Assembly (NCBI GenBank): GCA_963770895.1
Contig: CAVYRF010000001.1
Coordinates: forward strand, 64,001 to 128,000
DNA from: an uncultured Acidobacteriota bacterium
GTDB lineage: Bacteria; Acidobacteriota; Thermoanaerobaculia; Multivoradales; UBA5704
Reading direction: 5' to 3'
DNA: 64,000 nucleotides
Within the stretch, counting starts at the first letter, position 1. The number at the start of each line of letters is the position of its first letter. The notes under the pieces are model-generated. The model saw only the letters and a list, made by a program, of their open reading frames with translations, was not told the DNA's origin and did not search any database. The position numbers were made by a program, and so were the translations under genes. Shown piece by piece: positions 59,718 to 64,000 of this stretch.

Positions 59718-60145
59718 TGCGCGCTCTGCTCGACGTCAACGTGCTGCTCGCCTTGCTCGATCGCGATCACGTCGATCACGGTCGCGCCCGCGAGTGGATC
59801 TCGACCGAGATCCACTTGGGCTGGGCCTCGTGCGCCGTGACGCAGAACGGCTTTATCCGCGTGGTCAGCCAGCCCCGCTATCCGAGCCCGGTCTCTGCGA
59901 TGGCAGCGGTCGAGCTTCTGCGCCGAGCGACGGAGACGGAGTACCATGAGTTCTGGCCTTCATCCGTGAGCTTCCTGGACGGGGGACGTATCGACGCGAG
60001 CCGCGTTCACGGACCACGCCAGGTGACCGATGTCTACCTCCTCGCTCTTGCCGTGGAGCGAGGAGGCCGGTTCGTCACGTTCGATCGTTCGGTGCCCACC
60101 ACCGCGGCCCTAGGGGCAGGGAAGCGCCATCTCCTGGTGCTGTGA
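59717..60145 (+). CDS. vapC: VapC-type PIN toxin
   Basis: LLDVNVLLAL, QVTDVYLLALA, VTFD. Confidence 0.9.
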   Translation: MRALLDVNVLLALLDRDHVDHGRAREWISTEIHLGWASCAVTQNGFIRVVSQPRYPSPVSAMAAVELLRRATETEYHEFWPSSVSFLDGGRIDASRVHGPRQVTDVYLLALAVERGGRFVTFDRSVPTTAALGAGKRHLLVL

Positions 60146-60309
60146 GGGTGAGTGATCGGCCCCGGGGAGCCGTGCGATCGCAACCTGCGGACTGCCATGA
60201 CGCCATGATTGCCGCCACCGCCCGGGTGCGCGTCCTGCGCCTTGTAAGCTGCACCGGAGCGACTTCAAGTCCTTTGACCAGACTGCGACCCGAGAGCGGC
60301 GCGTCGAGG

Positions 60310-61299
60310 ATGCCCTGTACCTCCAACGCCATTGTCGGTGTGGACTTCGGCGCACCTCGGCGCGCATGCGACCAGCGCCGGAAGATAGTCGCAATTGCCG
60401 CGTATCCCACCGACTGGTGCCGCTACCGCATCGGCGCGACCGGGATGAACGCGCGCCTCGCCGATGGCCCGCCTGGCTGGACCGCGAAGGAGCTGCTCGA
60501 TGAGTTGCTCACTCGGCCCGTTCGCATCGCCGCCTTTGACTTCCCTTTCTGCATCCCGGACGCGCTCCTGCGGGACGAGCAGTTCGCCGCCGATGTCGGC
60601 TACGAGTACGGTGCGTTCCGCGGCTGGAGGGCCTTCAACTGGTTCGTCGCCCAACAGTTGGCGCTCGGCGATCCACTGGACTTCCGTCCGTTTGAGGCGT
60701 GGCAAGCGAGGGCCAATCGCGCGCGACTATGGACCAAGCGCGCGACCGACATCGCGGCTGGCGGCCAGCCGCCTCTCAAGGACAAGTTCCAGGCGACCTT
60801 CCAGATGACACTCCTGGGGAACGCGCTTCTCGCGCGCCTGTGGGAGTCGCATCGGTATCGCGTGCTGCCGTTCCCCGGCGGCCGCGGCACGGGCGAGGTC
60901 ATCGAGGTCTATCCGGGCGCCACTCTCCGGCAGATGGGCTTGGCGAACTACAAATCGCGCCCCAATGAAGCCATCAGCCTCTGCATCGCAGCCTGCGAGG
61001 CCGCCGGTATCAAGCTCGACATCGACCACCGCGTGGCGCGCTGCTGCCGCTACTACAGCTCGGGCACGAGGACTCCCGACTACGATGCCGCCGACGCGTT
61101 CGTTGCTCTGTGCACCGCGATCCTCCACGCCGAGGGCGCGTGCCATGAAGCGATTGATGGTGATCCGTTCCTCAAGGAACGTGAGGGAGCCATCTGGGTG
61201 CCAGCTCGCCGTCGTGATGTTCGAGAAGATGCAGGCGCTCCTCCACGGTCCGGAACTCTTCCCCGCGGATCAACTTGGGTAAAGCCACCTTCAAAGTGA
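60310..61299 (+). CDS. DUF429-like predicted RNase H-fold nuclease
   Basis: IVGVDFG, AFDFPF, IEVYPGA, DAADAFVA; the 3' end runs into att site D. Confidence 0.7.
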   Translation: MPCTSNAIVGVDFGAPRRACDQRRKIVAIAAYPTDWCRYRIGATGMNARLADGPPGWTAKELLDELLTRPVRIAAFDFPFCIPDALLRDEQFAADVGYEYGAFRGWRAFNWFVAQQLALGDPLDFRPFEAWQARANRARLWTKRATDIAAGGQPPLKDKFQATFQMTLLGNALLARLWESHRYRVLPFPGGRGTGEVIEVYPGATLRQMGLANYKSRPNEAISLCIAACEAAGIKLDIDHRVARCCRYYSSGTRTPDYDAADAFVALCTAILHAEGACHEAIDGDPFLKEREGAIWVPARRRDVREDAGAPPRSGTLPRGSTWVKPPSK

Positions 61300-61342
61300 G
61301 ACGGCAAGAGGGCGACACACCCCCAGGGTTGCATTGCCCTTT
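61286..61342 (+). repeat. att-like site D (right boundary of the island)
   Basis: CACCTTCAAAGTGAGACGGCAAGAGGGCGACACACCC-CCAG-GGTTGCATTGCCCTTT. Confidence 0.75.
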
Positions 61343-62076
61343 GTGGCCCAGAGAGCCCCGAGGAGCGCATCGCGCCTTTCGCCGGTGTCCCCCTTTCTCG
61401 ATTCGGAACAGCGCGGCAGACTCAGCCGCGGGGGACACCGGCGCGGGCCTTGCTCCCAAGGTCTACTGCGGGCGCCGGCAGGTGTGCGCGCGACCGCAGG
61501 AATTGCCGGGCGCCCGACACACCATCAGGCTGCGGCTGCCTGGTTGCTCCAGGGGAAGGTGCTCTATCGCAGCGCTGATCGCCGATGCCGAGTGATCATG
61601 ATGTTCCAAATGGAACCGTTGCTCTGACGCTACCTTGCAAGACGTGCCCGCCTCTCGGTTCGAGGACGCACAATCGAAACATCGTTCTCTAGGGAAAGGT
61701 GCGCCCAAACAGCATTCAAATGATAAGGCGCCACGGATACCATGCTCCGGGCGCTCTCCTCGACCGACGGTCAAGGCACCTCCGCGCCAGCGCCCGTCAC
61801 CAACGGCGGGAGCAAGCCCCCCGGCCCGATCGCGGTCGCGCCGTCAGGCGCGCCGCGGTCGGGCCAACCCATCGCAAAGCCCTCCGCACTTCTCAGTATC
61901 CGTGCTGAGATGTCGAAGGGTTGGCGCGGTCAAAGCGGATTTTCTTGGTCGCCAAGGGTGCTGAAGAGGCGGGTTAGCCGGCAGAAGCGAGGCGGAGCGC
62001 ACCTGGGCTGCGCTTCCTGGTGGCCGTCCTCGCCTTGCTTGGCTACGACCTGCGGCCAGCTTGCGGTTAGGCTAGC

Positions 62077-64000
62077 TTAGTGTCCCGCCGCTCCGGAGCT
62101 CCCGGTCGCTGCGCTTGCAGTCTTCAGGTAGCGCAGGCACCAGGCGTGGATGAGGCGGCGCCGGGTGGCTGAGAGGTCGCGTGTGCGCGGCATGTAGCCG
62201 TAGTGGTCCCAAAGCGGTCGCGAGGTGCGCTGCAGGAGCAGCGCTGCCATTTGCGGGTTTTCCCACTGCTGCGGCTGGTTGAGCGGAATAACCAGACTCA
62301 TCGCCGGATACAGCAGGTAGTAGTTGCGCAGGACCTCGGCGAAGAGGACGTCATATGTCAGCTTGTCGTTGCCGATCGGCTGGGCGGCATCTGGATCCTG
62401 ATAGTACTGGCTGTAGTCCCGGTCGTTTGGCAGGATGCGGAGACTGACCGGGAGAATGGCCGTGGTGTCGAGGCTCTGGTACTCCTTCGGCGGCGCGTCC
62501 TGACCGGGGACGGTGAAGGTGAACAGGCGGTTGCCCGGCTGGCTCACGTCGACGGTGAGGGGATCGCCCGGCTTGAAATGGGTGGTCAGCTGCTCCAGCG
62601 GTCCGGGTTTCTGGTTGGGCGTGGTGTCGTAGGCCCAGACGGTGATCGGCGGGCAGTCGGCGGCAGAGAGCTCCTTGCCCTTGCGGAAGACCCGGATGGT
62701 CGCCGGTTCTTCGGTCGCGCTCTGGCTGAGGAACCTGGATGCCAGCTGCGGCTCGCCGTCCTTGGGGAGGATCTGCTCGCCGAAGAGGCCGCTCTGATCC
62801 GAGGCGATCAGGTAGTCGAACTCCTTGAGCAGGTCCGCATCGCCCTCTTTGGCGTGCAGGACCACCGCGAACTCCCCCGCCTCCAGGTCTGCCGGGGCGA
62901 TGCCTTGGAGCGGAAAGTCGAAGATCCAGCCGCGCGCGTCTCCCGCCGCCGTGTCCTGGTAGTCGACCGTGCCGATCTGGTGGTCGCGCCCGCCGGCGCG
63001 GAGCACCAGGCTCACCTGGCCGAAGTCGTACTTCGCGTTGTCGCCGGTCTGCAGCGGCACGAAGTTGCCCTGATAGCGATCCGGGAACGCGCCCGAGAAG
63101 TCGACCGAGATCTGATCCTTGCCGGTGTGCAGGATCGCCGGCGCCAGCGCGAAGGGCGGGAAGTTGCCCATCTCGCCGGACGGGATGGGGAAGGTGCTGC
63201 CGGATTGGTTGAGCAGCCTGCCGGTCGGCACCGACTGCATCTCGCCCTCGAACCAGGGGGCCAGCGTGCCGACCAGCTCCAGGTAGTCGGGGTTGGTGCC
63301 CTGCTTCGTATACAAATCGACCATCGCGTCGTACCACGTCTGGTCCGGATAGGCGAAGGTATTGATCGGTTGCAGCGGCCGGTAGAGGTAGTAGCGGAAC
63401 ACCAGCCCCGCCAGCTTTTCGCCGCCCGGCCCCTGCGGCGGCAGGTAGTCGAGGATCGGCTGTCCCGTCAGCTGCGCCAGCGGTACGACGCACTGGAAGG
63501 CGCCGCCGGCGCCGTTCGGCCCGCTCAAGTTGGTATTGCGCTGGAAATTGATCCACCGCGTCACCGCCTTGCTCGGCTTGCCGCTGAACAGCGCCTTGCC
63601 ATCCAGCTCCAGGGTCAGCGCATCGCTGAACACCTGGCTGCACGGCGAATCCTCCGGATTGACATCGATCAGCATCGCCTTGCTGCCGCCTGCGCCCGGC
63701 CCGCTCTTGAACGACAGTTGGGCGCCGACCAGTTGGCTGGCGTCCGCTCCGCCCTGGGGGCGATCGCCGCTCTGCACCGCGACCACAGTCACCCCCGTCA
63801 TGGTGAGCCCCATGTCGCCGTAATAGTTCCATTCGCCCGGAATCCGCGGCACCATCTTTTCCGCCGCCACGGAAGCAGCCGCGGCGGCTCCTCCCACCAC
63901 CCCTTGCGTCCCGCCGCCCACCGGCTCGGCGTGCTCGGAGCGCGTCGTCCGCGCCACCGCCGGGGCCGCGCTGCCCGACTGCGGCGGCGGCACGTAGAAG
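62077..64000 (-). CDS. Large protein resembling VioB/RebD-like family (5' end outside the window)
   Basis: WNYYG, AMLIDVNP..SQVF, VLRNYYLLYPAM and YMPRTRDLS..RR.LI..W motifs; host-like GC. Confidence 0.5.
   Translation of the reverse strand, partial: FYVPPPQSGSAAPAVARTTRSEHAEPVGGGTQGVVGGAAAAASVAAEKMVPRIPGEWNYYGDMGLTMTGVTVVAVQSGDRPQGGADASQLVGAQLSFKSGPGAGGSKAMLIDVNPEDSPCSQVFSDALTLELDGKALFSGKPSKAVTRWINFQRNTNLSGPNGAGGAFQCVVPLAQLTGQPILDYLPPQGPGGEKLAGLVFRYYLYRPLQPINTFAYPDQTWYDAMVDLYTKQGTNPDYLELVGTLAPWFEGEMQSVPTGRLLNQSGSTFPIPSGEMGNFPPFALAPAILHTGKDQISVDFSGAFPDRYQGNFVPLQTGDNAKYDFGQVSLVLRAGGRDHQIGTVDYQDTAAGDARGWIFDFPLQGIAPADLEAGEFAVVLHAKEGDADLLKEFDYLIASDQSGLFGEQILPKDGEPQLASRFLSQSATEEPATIRVFRKGKELSAADCPPITVWAYDTTPNQKPGPLEQLTTHFKPGDPLTVDVSQPGNRLFTFTVPGQDAPPKEYQSLDTTAILPVSLRILPNDRDYSQYYQDPDAAQPIGNDKLTYDVLFAEVLRNYYLLYPAMSLVIPLNQPQQWENPQMAALLLQRTSRPLWDHYGYMPRTRDLSATRRRLIHAWCLRYLKTASAATGSSGAAGH

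Larger units (their letters stand above)
4143..61326. mobile_element. Composite genomic island bounded by att-like sites A and D
   Basis: Related palindromic sites at both ends. The interior holds two LSRs, TA systems, IS elements and lower-GC cargo, unlike the host-like flanks. Confidence 0.75.

Noticed and set aside
60142-60309. N-terminal extension of the DUF429-like ORF
   Set aside because: DAMIAATARV looks like a decayed second PIN-toxin remnant; the nuclease motifs begin after ATG 60310.

Overview
GC-rich bacterial chromosome, probably Acidobacteriota (inferred from the ADOP-type permease, the ECF sigma/Ser-Thr kinase pair and the Cys-rich secreted peptide). About 4 kb of host-like DNA on the left and 2.7 kb on the right flank a ~57 kb composite island (4143-61326). 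Four related, same-orientation palindromic sites with an NCAG core punctuate the island: A ~4143, B ~7845, C ~59378 and D ~61323. Site C lies inside the 3' end of a large serine recombinase (LSR1). Site B lies at the 5' end of a double-XRE HTH ORF. Recombining C with B would rebuild a near-palindromic attP and fuse LSR1 in frame to the HTH domains, which suggests an integration-state-dependent split-integrase switch. The A-B and C-D segments are small, integrase-free, att-bounded modules that each carry a PIN-type toxin-antitoxin pair. Inside B-C are an XRE/radC/DUF932 region and two inverted, diverged copies of an HTH-RuvC-like-two VirD4/TraD-like ATPase-membrane protein module with different cargo in the same slot. 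One cargo is a CapD-like dehydratase/membrane/NUDIX/PP2C operon; the other is an ECF sigma/kinase/Ig-repeat surface protein set. Also present: a primase-ATPase-methylase module with a second LSR, several defence-like genes, and IS66, two IS1182/IS5-like elements and IS701 with resolvable inverted repeats and target duplications. No rRNA, tRNA or CRISPR array was seen. All family assignments are from motif recognition, not database searches.
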